47,498 nt of DNA, taken from the NCBI GenBank assembly GCA_002779395.1, contig PEWR01000053.1, positions 1-47,498 of the forward strand. Direction: 5' to 3'. Of the stretch, positions 27,582-36,574 are shown in pieces. Below the pieces are notes generated by a model, which worked only from the letters and a program-made list of their open reading frames with translations, did no database searches and was not told the origin of the DNA. The stretch's first letter is position 1; the number at the start of each line of letters is the position of its first letter. The DNA comes from Ignavibacteriales bacterium CG07_land_8_20_14_0_80_59_12 (GTDB lineage Bacteria; Bacteroidota; Ignavibacteria; 0-14-0-80-59-12). Both the position numbers and the translations under genes were made by a program.

Positions 27582-29306
27582 CTACACGGCCGTCACGAAC
27601 TTGTCCATGTCGACCAGCATCGTGTCGAACCCGTTGACGATCTGCTCGACGTGCATGAGCGACTTCGCGTACGAGTCGCCGATGTATTTCTTCGCCACGA
27701 GGAGCTTTTTTTCGGAGATCTTCGCCTCGTTGAGAACCAGGCAGCCCAGATAGACCGAGCCGTAGAGCTCCACGAGGTCATGCGCCCGCAGCTCCTGGTA
27801 CGCCGTGTCGTTCTTCTTCAAGAGGTACTCGCGGCATTCCTTGCAGCGGTTTCGGATTTCGATCAGTTTCTGGTGGAGTGGACGCAGCTCGCCGCGGTAG
27901 GTCTCGGCTTCGTATTGGTCAAGGATCAGGTCGAGCACACCGCTCACAGCGCCTCCCATCGCCGCGACGATTTGGAGCTGTGACGTCCCCTCGTAGATGT
28001 TTGTCACACGGACGTCCCGGTAGTGCCGCTCGACGTTGAACTCCTGCATGAAGCCGGTGCCGCCGTGTATCTGGATGGCGTCGTAGCAGATCTGGTTGGC
28101 GAGTTCGGTGGTTGTGTACTTGCAGAAGGGCGTGAGAAACGCTGCAACGCGAGTCGCCTGCTTGAGCCGATCGTTCAGCTCCTTGAACGGCTGTCCGAGG
28201 GCCTTTGCCCGGTTGAGCTGCCGTTCAAGCTCGTCGCGCGTGTCGACAGCCTTTGCCGTTGCGTAGAGGAGCGATCTACTCGTCTCGATGTTTACCTTCA
28301 TGTTGATGAGCATTTCAGCAACCGCCGGAAATCGGTGGATGGTTTTGCCAAATTGCTCGCGCTCGTGTGCGTACTTGAACGCTTCCGCGTAGGCGGCCTG
28401 CGCAATTCCAAGCGCCTGGGCGGAGACAGCGAGACGCGCGCCGTTCATGAGCGACATGACGTAGGTGATGAGTCCCCGCTTCCGCTCGCCGACGAGTTGG
28501 CATGGGGTGTCGTTGAATTGTATCTCGCAGGTCGGTGAGCCGTGGAGGCCAAGTTTGTTCTCTATGCGCCGCACCTGCACACCGTCCCTCTCGCAGACGA
28601 AGAGGCTGAGTCCCCGGGCATCGACCGTCCCTTCTTCGGAGCGGGCGAGGACGAGGAGGACGTCGCCGCTTCCGTTTGTGATGAAGCGCTTCACGCCGCT
28701 CAGCCGCCACTGCCCGTTCGCGTCCTGATACGCTCGTGTCTGCACAGCCTGAAGATCCGAGCCTGCGTCCGGCTCGGTGAGCGCCATGGCCCCGGTGCCC
28801 TCTCCGCTGCAGAACCTGGGGAGGTACTGCCGTTGGATCTCGATGTCCGCAAAGTGGTGGATCGTCTCGGCAATGTCCTGCAACCCGAAGATGTTCATCA
28901 GCGACGCGTCGCCGCGGGAGATCATCTCGATCCCCATCGCGTAGATGGTCACGGGGAAGTTCAAACCGCCGAACTCCCTCGGGAGCGTCATCCCCATGAC
29001 ACCGGCCTGCGAGAGGCGCTCAAGCGCCTCGGCCGTCCCCGCGGCAAAGCGCACCCGGCCGTTCTCGAAGTGTGCCCCCTCCTTGTCTACTTCGGGAGCG
29101 CGCGGCGCAACGAACTCGCCGGCAATGTCGCCGAGGACTTCAAGCACGCGCCGGTAACTGTCCATGGCATCCTCCGCATTGATCGGCGCGTCCGGGTGCT
29201 CCTGTGCTTCCTCGAAATTTCTCTCACGCGAGGCAACGATATCGTCGATGCGGAGGTTTTCGAACTGGAAGAGTAGGTCGTGGTTGTCTTTGAAGAAGTT
29301 CGACAT
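27582..29306 (-). CDS. Acyl-CoA dehydrogenase (long form with C-terminal extension)
   Basis: MALTEPDAGSD, GVKRFITNG, KLGLHGSPT, IQIHGGTG, RVTNIYEGTSQLQ. Confidence 0.93.
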   Translation of the reverse strand: MSNFFKDNHDLLFQFENLRIDDIVASRERNFEEAQEHPDAPINAEDAMDSYRRVLEVLGDIAGEFVAPRAPEVDKEGAHFENGRVRFAAGTAEALERLSQAGVMGMTLPREFGGLNFPVTIYAMGIEMISRGDASLMNIFGLQDIAETIHHFADIEIQRQYLPRFCSGEGTGAMALTEPDAGSDLQAVQTRAYQDANGQWRLSGVKRFITNGSGDVLLVLARSEEGTVDARGLSLFVCERDGVQVRRIENKLGLHGSPTCEIQFNDTPCQLVGERKRGLITYVMSLMNGARLAVSAQALGIAQAAYAEAFKYAHEREQFGKTIHRFPAVAEMLINMKVNIETSRSLLYATAKAVDTRDELERQLNRAKALGQPFKELNDRLKQATRVAAFLTPFCKYTTTELANQICYDAIQIHGGTGFMQEFNVERHYRDVRVTNIYEGTSQLQIVAAMGGAVSGVLDLILDQYEAETYRGELRPLHQKLIEIRNRCKECREYLLKKNDTAYQELRAHDLVELYGSVYLGCLVLNEAKISEKKLLVAKKYIGDSYAKSLMHVEQIVNGFDTMLVDMDKFVTAV

Positions 29307-29367
29307 GGCCTTACACCCCGTTCAATAAAGACAAATGCGACCGCGGATTACGCGGCTCCATCTTCTG

Positions 29368-30384
29368 TCACTTGGATAGCTCTCTGTACGCCGCGATGAG
29401 ACGAGGGATGACCTCGGTCACGTCGCCGACGATGCCGTAGTGCGCTATGTCGAAGATAGGCGCCTTCGGGTCCTTATTGATCGCGATGATTTTCTTCGAC
29501 TCGCTCATCCCAGCACGGTGCTGAATCGCGCCGGAGATCCCGCACGCAATGTAGAGTCTCGGACGGACAGTCACGCCGGTCTGTCCCACCTGCCGCTCGC
29601 GCTCCGTGAATCCGGCATCGACCGCCGCACGCGATCCCGCGACTTCACCGCCGAGGACGGCCGCGAGCTCTTCAAGGAGCTTGAAGTTGTCCTTCTTCCC
29701 CACACCGAAGCCGCCGGAGACGATGATATCGGCCGCTTTGAGGTTCACCTTCGGTTTCGCCTTAAAGCGCTCGAGAAGCTCGACGGCGAGATCCTTCTCG
29801 CTGAGAACAGGTCTTACCTCGATCGTCTTCCCCGTCCTCGCGGCATCCGGCTTTTCCATGCGCATCACTCCTTCGCGCACCGTCGCCATTTGCGTCTTCG
29901 ATTCCGGAGAGATGATTGTTGCCACGATGTTCCCTCCGAAAGCCGGACGGATCTGCAGAAGCAGATTGTGGTGAAGCTTACCGCGGTGTGTGACGTCGGT
30001 GATCTGAAGGTCTGTGCAATCCGCCGTCAGGCCCGAGCGTGTGTTCGATGCCACACGGGGCGCAAGGTCCCGCCCGATCGACGTGGCACCAAAGAGTACC
30101 ACTTCCGGCTCGTGCTCCCGTACCAGCCGGATGATCGTCGTCGCATACGGGAGCGTCAGATAGTGCTCCAGGCGCTCACTATCGGCAAGGAAAACAGTAT
30201 CGGCGCCGAAGGCGTAGAGCTTCGGGACGAGATGCCCGACGTTGCATCCGAGAAGGACGGCGGAGAGAGGAGCGTTCAGGTTTGCGGCGAGCTTCCGCCC
30301 CTTGGAGAGGAGCTCGAGCCCCACGTCATGGAGATGACCATTCTCCTGTTCGGCAAATACCCACACACCCTTGACTCTTTCCAT
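29368..30384 (-). CDS. etfA: Electron transfer flavoprotein alpha subunit
   Basis: GRDLAPR, GLTADCT, RPAFGGN, QVGQTG, GISGAIQH, INKD. Confidence 0.95.
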   Translation of the reverse strand: MERVKGVWVFAEQENGHLHDVGLELLSKGRKLAANLNAPLSAVLLGCNVGHLVPKLYAFGADTVFLADSERLEHYLTLPYATTIIRLVREHEPEVVLFGATSIGRDLAPRVASNTRSGLTADCTDLQITDVTHRGKLHHNLLLQIRPAFGGNIVATIISPESKTQMATVREGVMRMEKPDAARTGKTIEVRPVLSEKDLAVELLERFKAKPKVNLKAADIIVSGGFGVGKKDNFKLLEELAAVLGGEVAGSRAAVDAGFTERERQVGQTGVTVRPRLYIACGISGAIQHRAGMSESKKIIAINKDPKAPIFDIAHYGIVGDVTEVIPRLIAAYRELSK

Positions 30385-30391
30385 GCTCCCC

Positions 30392-31282
30392 TCATCCGAA
30401 TATGTGGTCAGCGATCAGCTCGCCGATAAGACGTTCAATATCCCCCTTCGTCGGCTCATAGCGCTTCCGATCGGGGCTCGTGAGCACGACGTTCTCAACC
30501 TTAAACACCTGCGTCGGCGAGCCTTTCAGCCCGCATTTCTCCTCATCGGCCGCGATATCCTCGATGCTCCACGTCTTGATGAGGAGTCCCTTCTTCTCAA
30601 GCGCGTCGACGTCGTTGTAGTAGTAGTAGAACGGATTGTCCTCACTGAGCCGCTCAAGCTCGAACTGCGACCGGGCCCGTTTCTTCTCCATGATGAGCTT
30701 CGCATTGAACGGTCGCGGCGTCGCGGCATCGCCGTATACGGTCACGAGGACCGGTAGCTTCGCACGCACCCGTTCGAAGCCGTCGTCGATCTTCCGCCTC
30801 GCCACCATGGTGCCATTCCCTACCCACTCTATCTCCTCCGTGTACGTCACCTGAGGGATATCGAGCTTCTCGGCGAGCTGCGGACCGACCTGTGCCGTGT
30901 CGCCGTCAATCGCCTGACGCCCGCAGAAGACGATGTCGGCATTGCACTTGTTCTTGATCGCCATCGCCAGGGCATAGGATGTCGCGAGCGTGTCAGCACC
31001 TGCGAAGCGACGGTCGCTGATGAGCGCAACCTCATCCGCACCCATCCAGAGGGCCTGGCGCAGCACCTCCGCGGCGGGCGGGGGACCCATCGTGATGACG
31101 GTCACCTTCCCACCGTACAGGTCTTTCACACGGAGCGCGAGCTCGAGAGCGACGAGGTCGTCGGGGTTGAAGACGGTCGGCAGCTTCGCCCTGTTCACCG
31201 TCCCGTCCGGCTTCATCACCTGGCCAGAGATGTTCGACGTGTCAGGCACCTGCTTGACGCAGACGACGCAATTCACTGGCAT
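30392..31282 (-). CDS. etfB: Electron transfer flavoprotein beta subunit
   Basis: VCVKQVPDT, TMGP, FAGADTLATS, GRQAIDGDTAQVGPQ, GLKGSPT; start taken at ATG 31282. Confidence 0.95.
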   Translation of the reverse strand: MPVNCVVCVKQVPDTSNISGQVMKPDGTVNRAKLPTVFNPDDLVALELALRVKDLYGGKVTVITMGPPPAAEVLRQALWMGADEVALISDRRFAGADTLATSYALAMAIKNKCNADIVFCGRQAIDGDTAQVGPQLAEKLDIPQVTYTEEIEWVGNGTMVARRKIDDGFERVRAKLPVLVTVYGDAATPRPFNAKLIMEKKRARSQFELERLSEDNPFYYYYNDVDALEKKGLLIKTWSIEDIAADEEKCGLKGSPTQVFKVENVVLTSPDRKRYEPTKGDIERLIGELIADHIFG

Positions 31283-31417
31283 GAACGATTTCCTCCCAAT
31301 CCGGTTGAGGACATTCATCTCTTCGGAAGGCGAGTGACCCTCTCCTGCTCCCCGCCGCCCGCCACGGGCGGGGCCGCCTTCCGTTCACATCTAAGGAATC
31401 GCCTTCAGCCGCGGGGC

Positions 31418-32254
31418 TTATTCGATTGTGACCGGTCCTTCCTGTGCAACAAACCCGATGACGTCTTCCCCGCCGTCAACCCGCAGGACACTGCCGTTGA
31501 TCCAATACGACCGGTCATCACTGAGAAGTGCGATAGCCTTTGCAACGTCGGTTGGTGTGGTGTTGCGGCCGGAGGGATTCTTGTACTGCGCCGCCTTGAG
31601 GAGCCGAAGCCCTCCGGGGATTTTCCTGAGAGCAGGTGTGTCGGTCACTCCCGCCATGATCGCGTTCGCCGTGATCCCTTTCGACCCGAGTTCCATCGTC
31701 AGCTGGCGGATGTGTGCCTCGAGCGCCGCCTTCGCCGCGGAGACCGCGCCATACGACGGCATGGCGGTGTGCCCGCCGGAGCTTGTCATCGCGAAGATCC
31801 GTCCCCCGCGGCGCATGAGCTTCCGTTGGACAAGGCCCTGGACCCAGTAAACGAGGCTGTTTGCCATGACGTCGAGTGTCATCTCCATCTGCGCCTGCGT
31901 GATCGCATCGCGCGGATCCTCTGCAATCAACGGCTTCAGGGTGCCGAAGGCAAGGGAATGAAGGAGGACCTTCACCATCGCATCAGGATCGGGGGCCAGA
32001 CGCTCGGCCATCTCATCGAGCACGTCCTCGCGCTTCACCGGGTCGGCAGCGTTCACGTTGTAGAAGACCGCCTCGACCTCTTTCGAGCGGATCTCCGCAA
32101 CGATCCGGTCGACGTTCGGCATGGTCGAGGCACGACCAAGGTGCACACCGAAGATGTTGTATCCCCCGACAGCGAGTTCTATCGCCGTTGCCTCGCCGAA
32201 CCCGCTTGAAGCACCCAGGATGAGGGCCCAGAGATTCGATTTCCGTTCGGTCAC
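31418..32254 (-). CDS. SDR oxidoreductase, FabL-like enoyl-ACP reductase
   Basis: GGAGG RBS before GTG 32254; LGASSGFG, YGAVSAAK, GVTDTPAL, VDGG. Confidence 0.8.
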   Translation of the reverse strand: MTERKSNLWALILGASSGFGEATAIELAVGGYNIFGVHLGRASTMPNVDRIVAEIRSKEVEAVFYNVNAADPVKREDVLDEMAERLAPDPDAMVKVLLHSLAFGTLKPLIAEDPRDAITQAQMEMTLDVMANSLVYWVQGLVQRKLMRRGGRIFAMTSSGGHTAMPSYGAVSAAKAALEAHIRQLTMELGSKGITANAIMAGVTDTPALRKIPGGLRLLKAAQYKNPSGRNTTPTDVAKAIALLSDDRSYWINGSVLRVDGGEDVIGFVAQEGPVTIE

Positions 32255-32315
32255 GCCTCCTCCCCCCTTTCCGATGAATTCTGAGCCTATTAAGTTACGA
32301 GTTTTCGAGAGAAAT

Positions 32316-33242
32316 TCAACTTTCAAGAACCGTCGCAAGAAGCGCCATCCGCACGGCGATGCCATTCCGCGTCTGGCGGAAGTAAGCGGCGTGGGCGTCC
32401 CCGTCCACTTCCGGCGCAATCTCGTTGAGTCGCGGGAGTGGATGAAGGATGATGGATCCCTCTTTCATCCGGGCGACCTTCGCCGCATCGATGAAGTAAG
32501 ACCGGGCGATCTCATCATATTGGTCGGCACGGTCGCCGAGCCGCTCCCGTTCAATGCGCGTCTGGTAGAGGACATCGACCTCAGGGAGGATCTTTGAGAA
32601 GTCCGACTCAAGCGCAAACCACACGTCGTGTTCCGCAAGGTGGTCGAGGAGATCGGATTTCATCTGAAGGACATCGGGCGCGACGAAATAGATCATCACG
32701 CGGTCAAACTTGCCGAGGAGATACGACAGCGACCTCGCCGTCCGGCCGACGGCGAGGTCGCCGGCGATGGCGATCTTCAACCCTTCGATGGCCCCGCGCT
32801 CCTTGTAGATCGTGTAAAGGTCGAGAAGCGCCTGCGTCGGATGCTGTCCGCCCTTTCCGTCCCCTGCGTTGACAACAGGCACGCTGGACACCGCAGCGGC
32901 CCGCTTTGCGCCCCCGACTTCATCGTGGCGAAGGACGATCACATCAGCGAAATCGCCGAGGACACGGATCGTGTCCGCAAGGGATTCGCCCGAGGCGACC
33001 GAGGAGAACGTCCTGGCGTTTTCGGTCGAGAGAATCTTTCCTCCCAGTCGCAGCATTGCCGACTCAAACGAGAGCCTTGTCCGCGTCGACGGCTCGTAAA
33101 AGAGCGATGCCATGATCTTCGACTGGTAGTCCTGCGTTCCTCCGCGGGCGAGCACTTTCTCCATCTGCCCGGCAATCTGGAACAGCTCCATGAGCATTGG
33201 CAGCGTGAACTGCTGCGACTCAACGACGTGGCGAAGTTTCAT
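32316..33242 (-). CDS. Aspartate carbamoyltransferase-like protein with a divergent active site
   Basis: FYEPSTRT, LRH, HPTQALLD, GRTARS and HPLPR retained; SSVASGESL in place of KGE and TRIERER in place of TRxQxER. Confidence 0.85.
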   Translation of the reverse strand: MKLRHVVESQQFTLPMLMELFQIAGQMEKVLARGGTQDYQSKIMASLFYEPSTRTRLSFESAMLRLGGKILSTENARTFSSVASGESLADTIRVLGDFADVIVLRHDEVGGAKRAAAVSSVPVVNAGDGKGGQHPTQALLDLYTIYKERGAIEGLKIAIAGDLAVGRTARSLSYLLGKFDRVMIYFVAPDVLQMKSDLLDHLAEHDVWFALESDFSKILPEVDVLYQTRIERERLGDRADQYDEIARSYFIDAAKVARMKEGSIILHPLPRLNEIAPEVDGDAHAAYFRQTRNGIAVRMALLATVLES

Positions 33243-34195
33243 GAGAAGACCCTCTCGTCAGGAACGATGTGCGTCCCCGTTCTGCCGCGGACGGCATCGA
33301 GGAGGCATTCGGGAGACGTGATGACGGCTTCCTTCCCCCCGCCCCGGATGAACCGGATCGCCGATGAGATTTTCGGACCCATGTTTCCGGGGGGAAAATG
33401 GCCGTCCGTGAAGTACAGCTCCGCCTCCGATACGGTGATGCGGTCAAGCGCCTGCTGGTTCGGTTTCCGGTAGTTGAGAAAAACCTTCTCAGCATCGGTG
33501 GAGATAATGAACGTATCGACATTCAGCTCGCGAGCGAGCAGAGCAGACACCAGGTCCTTGTCGATCACCGCCTCCACCCCTTCGACGTAGCCGTCGCGGC
33601 GGACGACGGGAATCCCGCCTCCCCCCGCAGCAATGACGATGTACCCGTTGAGGACAAGCCTCCGTATCGCGTCGATCTCGACAATCTCAAGCGGTTCGGG
33701 GGAAGCGACAACCCGCCGGTACCCTCGGTCCGCGTCTTCGACCATCTTCCAGCCGAGCTCCCGTTCCCGGCGGCGTGCCTCTTCCTCCGAGTAGAAAGGT
33801 CCGACCGGTTTCGTCGGGTGGAGGAAGCCGGGATCGTCTCCCCCCACGACCACTTGCGTCAGCACAGTCACCACGGGAACACGCATCGAAGCTTCATCGA
33901 GCGCACGCTGGAGCGCATGCTCGAGAACGTAGCCGATGGAGCCCTGCGTGTCCGCTACGCAGACATCAAGGGGCTCCGGGTGAACCTGCGACGACGCGAG
34001 CTCGGAACGGAGGAGCTGCGCCCCGACCTGCGGTCCATTCCCGTGGGTAAGGACGACGAAGTAGTCGTTTCGAATCAGCTGTGCGATGTACTTCGCCGTG
34101 GTGGCAGCATTGTCACGCTGCTCCGCAACCGTTCCGCGCTGTCCCGCGCGGATGAGGGAATTGCCTCCGATCGCAACAAGGGCGAGCTTCGGCAT
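33239..34195 (-). CDS. arcC: Carbamate kinase
   Basis: GGNSL, THGNGPQVG, KPVGPFY, RRVVASP, GGGGIPV, EAVIDKD, MGPK. Confidence 0.96.
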   Translation of the reverse strand: MPKLALVAIGGNSLIRAGQRGTVAEQRDNAATTAKYIAQLIRNDYFVVLTHGNGPQVGAQLLRSELASSQVHPEPLDVCVADTQGSIGYVLEHALQRALDEASMRVPVVTVLTQVVVGGDDPGFLHPTKPVGPFYSEEEARRRERELGWKMVEDADRGYRRVVASPEPLEIVEIDAIRRLVLNGYIVIAAGGGGIPVVRRDGYVEGVEAVIDKDLVSALLARELNVDTFIISTDAEKVFLNYRKPNQQALDRITVSEAELYFTDGHFPPGNMGPKISSAIRFIRGGGKEAVITSPECLLDAVRGRTGTHIVPDERVFS

Positions 34196-34198
34196 CCG

Positions 34199-35125
34199 CT
34201 ACCCCCGGGCTTTCATGAGGTCGACCATAACCGCCTTCTGCATATGGAGGCGGTTTTCCGCTTCGTCGTAGACGACGGACTGCGTTGAGTCGATCACATC
34301 GTCCGTCACCTCATCGCCCCGGTGCGCCGGGAGGCAATGCATGAAGATCGCGTCCGGCTTTGCGAGCTTCATAAGAGCCGCGTTGACCTGGTAGGGCTTG
34401 AAGATCTCCTTCCGTGCCTCGGCTTCCGCCTCCTGTCCCATGCTTGCCCATACATCCGTGTAGATGACGTCCGCACTTCTCACCGCCTCCTTCGGGTCGT
34501 GGAGGACGCGTATCGTCGCGCCGGTCTCTCTCGCATCTTCGGTGGCAAGGCGGAAGATCTCCGGATTCGGCTCGTATCCTTTCGGGCAGCAGATTGCGAC
34601 GTTCGCCCCGGCCTTCGCACCGCCGAACATTAGCGAGTGCGCGACGTTGTTGCCGTCGCCGACGTAGGTCACGTTCAGTCCCTTCAATGTCCCCCTGTGC
34701 TCCATCATCGTGAAATAGTCGGCCATCGCCTGGCACGGGTGAAGGAGGTCGGTGAGCCCGTTGATGACGGGAATAGTCGCATGCTCGGCGAGTCCGGTGC
34801 AGATGTCGTGTCCGAACGTGCGGATCATGATGCCGTCAACCCAGCGCGAAAGGTTCTTCGCCACATCCTGCACGGACTCCCGCTTCCCGAGAGAGATGTC
34901 CGACGGTGCAAGGTAGACCGCAAAGCCGCCGAGCTGCTGGATGCCGACCTCGAAGGTCACACGCGTGCGGAGCGACTGCTTCTCAAAGATCATCGCGAGG
35001 GTCTTCCCTTTCAGGGCCGACGCATACACCTCCTTGTGCGCTTTCAGATCGCGCCCAAGATCAAAAAGGTGGTGGAACTCATCGAGTGTGAGATCGTGAA
35101 TTGAAATGAAATCTTTCGTGTGCAC
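34199..35125 (-). CDS. argF: Ornithine carbamoyltransferase (ArcB/ArgF)
   Basis: SLRTR, HPCQ, GDGNNV, DVWASMG, HCLP. Confidence 0.96.
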   Translation of the reverse strand: MHTKDFISIHDLTLDEFHHLFDLGRDLKAHKEVYASALKGKTLAMIFEKQSLRTRVTFEVGIQQLGGFAVYLAPSDISLGKRESVQDVAKNLSRWVDGIMIRTFGHDICTGLAEHATIPVINGLTDLLHPCQAMADYFTMMEHRGTLKGLNVTYVGDGNNVAHSLMFGGAKAGANVAICCPKGYEPNPEIFRLATEDARETGATIRVLHDPKEAVRSADVIYTDVWASMGQEAEAEARKEIFKPYQVNAALMKLAKPDAIFMHCLPAHRGDEVTDDVIDSTQSVVYDEAENRLHMQKAVMVDLMKARG

Positions 35126-35148
35126 GGAATCCTCCCTGGTGAGCGTTG

Positions 35149-36489
35149 TCAGCGTGGCAGCTGCCCGTGGAATTTCTCGACGAACGTTTTCAACACATCC
35201 TCGAGTCCGGGCTTCGTGAGCTCATCAAGCTCGTACGTCACACGGACGGCGGGCTTCTCGATCCTCACGATCCGCCGGAGGTCAATCGGCGTACCGACGA
35301 TCACCGTGTCGCACGGGACGCGGTTGATCGTCTCCTCGAGATCTTTCACCTGTTCCTCGCCGTACCCCATGGCCGGCAGGAGCGTTCCCGTCTTCGGGTA
35401 CTTCTTGAACGTCTCCGCGATGGTGCGGACCGCGTACGGCCGTGGATCGACAATCTCTGCGGCGCCGAACTTCTGTGCTGCAACAGTCCCGGCACCGTAC
35501 GTCATGCCGCCATGCGTGACCGTGGGACCGTCCTCCACGACAAGAACGCGCTTCCCCTTAATTGTGGCGCCGTTCCATATCGTGATAGGGGATGCCGCCT
35601 CGATGATCTCCGCCGCCGGATTGATGGAGCGGACGTTCCCACGGACAAGCTTTACGTTTTCAGGCTTCGCGGTGTCAACCTTGTTGATGACGACCACGTC
35701 CGCGAGGCGGACATTCGTCTCGCCCGGGTAGTATGTCAGCTCATGCCCCGGACGGTGCGGGTCGACGACGGTGATCGTGAGGTCGGGCCTGTAGAATGAC
35801 ATGTCGTTGTTGCCGCCGTCCCAGATGATGACATCGGCTTCCTTCTCCGCCTGTCGCAGGACCGCCTCATAGTCGACGCCCGCGTAGATGACGCCGCCCG
35901 CGACAACGTGAGGCTCGTACTCCTCCATCTCCTCGACCGTGCAATTGTATTTCTTCAAGTCATCGATTGTCGCGTAGCGCTGCACCTTCTGCGCCACAAG
36001 ATCACCATAGGGCATCGGATGACGCACAGCGACAACGCGCAAACCCTTCGCCCGGAGGATGTTGACGACCTTCCTCGACGTCTGGCTCTTCCCGCAGCCG
36101 GTCCGGACTGCAACGACGGCGACAACCGGCACGGACGACTTCAACATCGTCTCCCTGGCGCCGAGGAGCGTGAAGTCCGCTCCCGCAGCGATGACAACGG
36201 AGGACTTCTCCATCACGTATTGAAAGGAGACGTCCGAGTAAGCGAACACGACCTCGTCCACTCGGTACTTCTTAATCAGGGCAACAAGCTCCGACTCGGG
36301 ATAAATCGGTATGCCCTGCGGGTAGAGCTTTCCGGCGAGCGCGGCAGGGTATTTGCGTCCCTCGATATTCGGTATTTGTGTTGCGGTGAATGCGACGACA
36401 TTGTAGACTTCGTTGTTACGATAGACGGTATTGAAATTGTGAAAGTCCCTTCCTGCAGCCCCCATGATGAGAATGTTACGGCGCGTCAT
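35149..36489 (-). CDS. arcE: Arginine synthetase ArcE homologue (COG2403; often annotated as GTPase or cyclic 2,3-diphosphoglycerate synthetase-like)
   Basis: GAAGRDFHNFN, AFTATQIP, AVRTGCGKSQTSR, RHPMPYGDL, EEYEPH, WDGGNND, EDGPT, PAMGY; adjacent to OTC and carbamate kinase; ATG 36489. Confidence 0.8.
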   Translation of the reverse strand: MTRRNILIMGAAGRDFHNFNTVYRNNEVYNVVAFTATQIPNIEGRKYPAALAGKLYPQGIPIYPESELVALIKKYRVDEVVFAYSDVSFQYVMEKSSVVIAAGADFTLLGARETMLKSSVPVVAVVAVRTGCGKSQTSRKVVNILRAKGLRVVAVRHPMPYGDLVAQKVQRYATIDDLKKYNCTVEEMEEYEPHVVAGGVIYAGVDYEAVLRQAEKEADVIIWDGGNNDMSFYRPDLTITVVDPHRPGHELTYYPGETNVRLADVVVINKVDTAKPENVKLVRGNVRSINPAAEIIEAASPITIWNGATIKGKRVLVVEDGPTVTHGGMTYGAGTVAAQKFGAAEIVDPRPYAVRTIAETFKKYPKTGTLLPAMGYGEEQVKDLEETINRVPCDTVIVGTPIDLRRIVRIEKPAVRVTYELDELTKPGLEDVLKTFVEKFHGQLPR

Positions 36490-36574
36490 AATACCCCCTG
36501 TCAGTTCACACTCGCCCGCGCGGCCGTCCCTTCCCTGCTGGACGGGACGCCGCAGGCGCTGTTGTTGCACAAGC

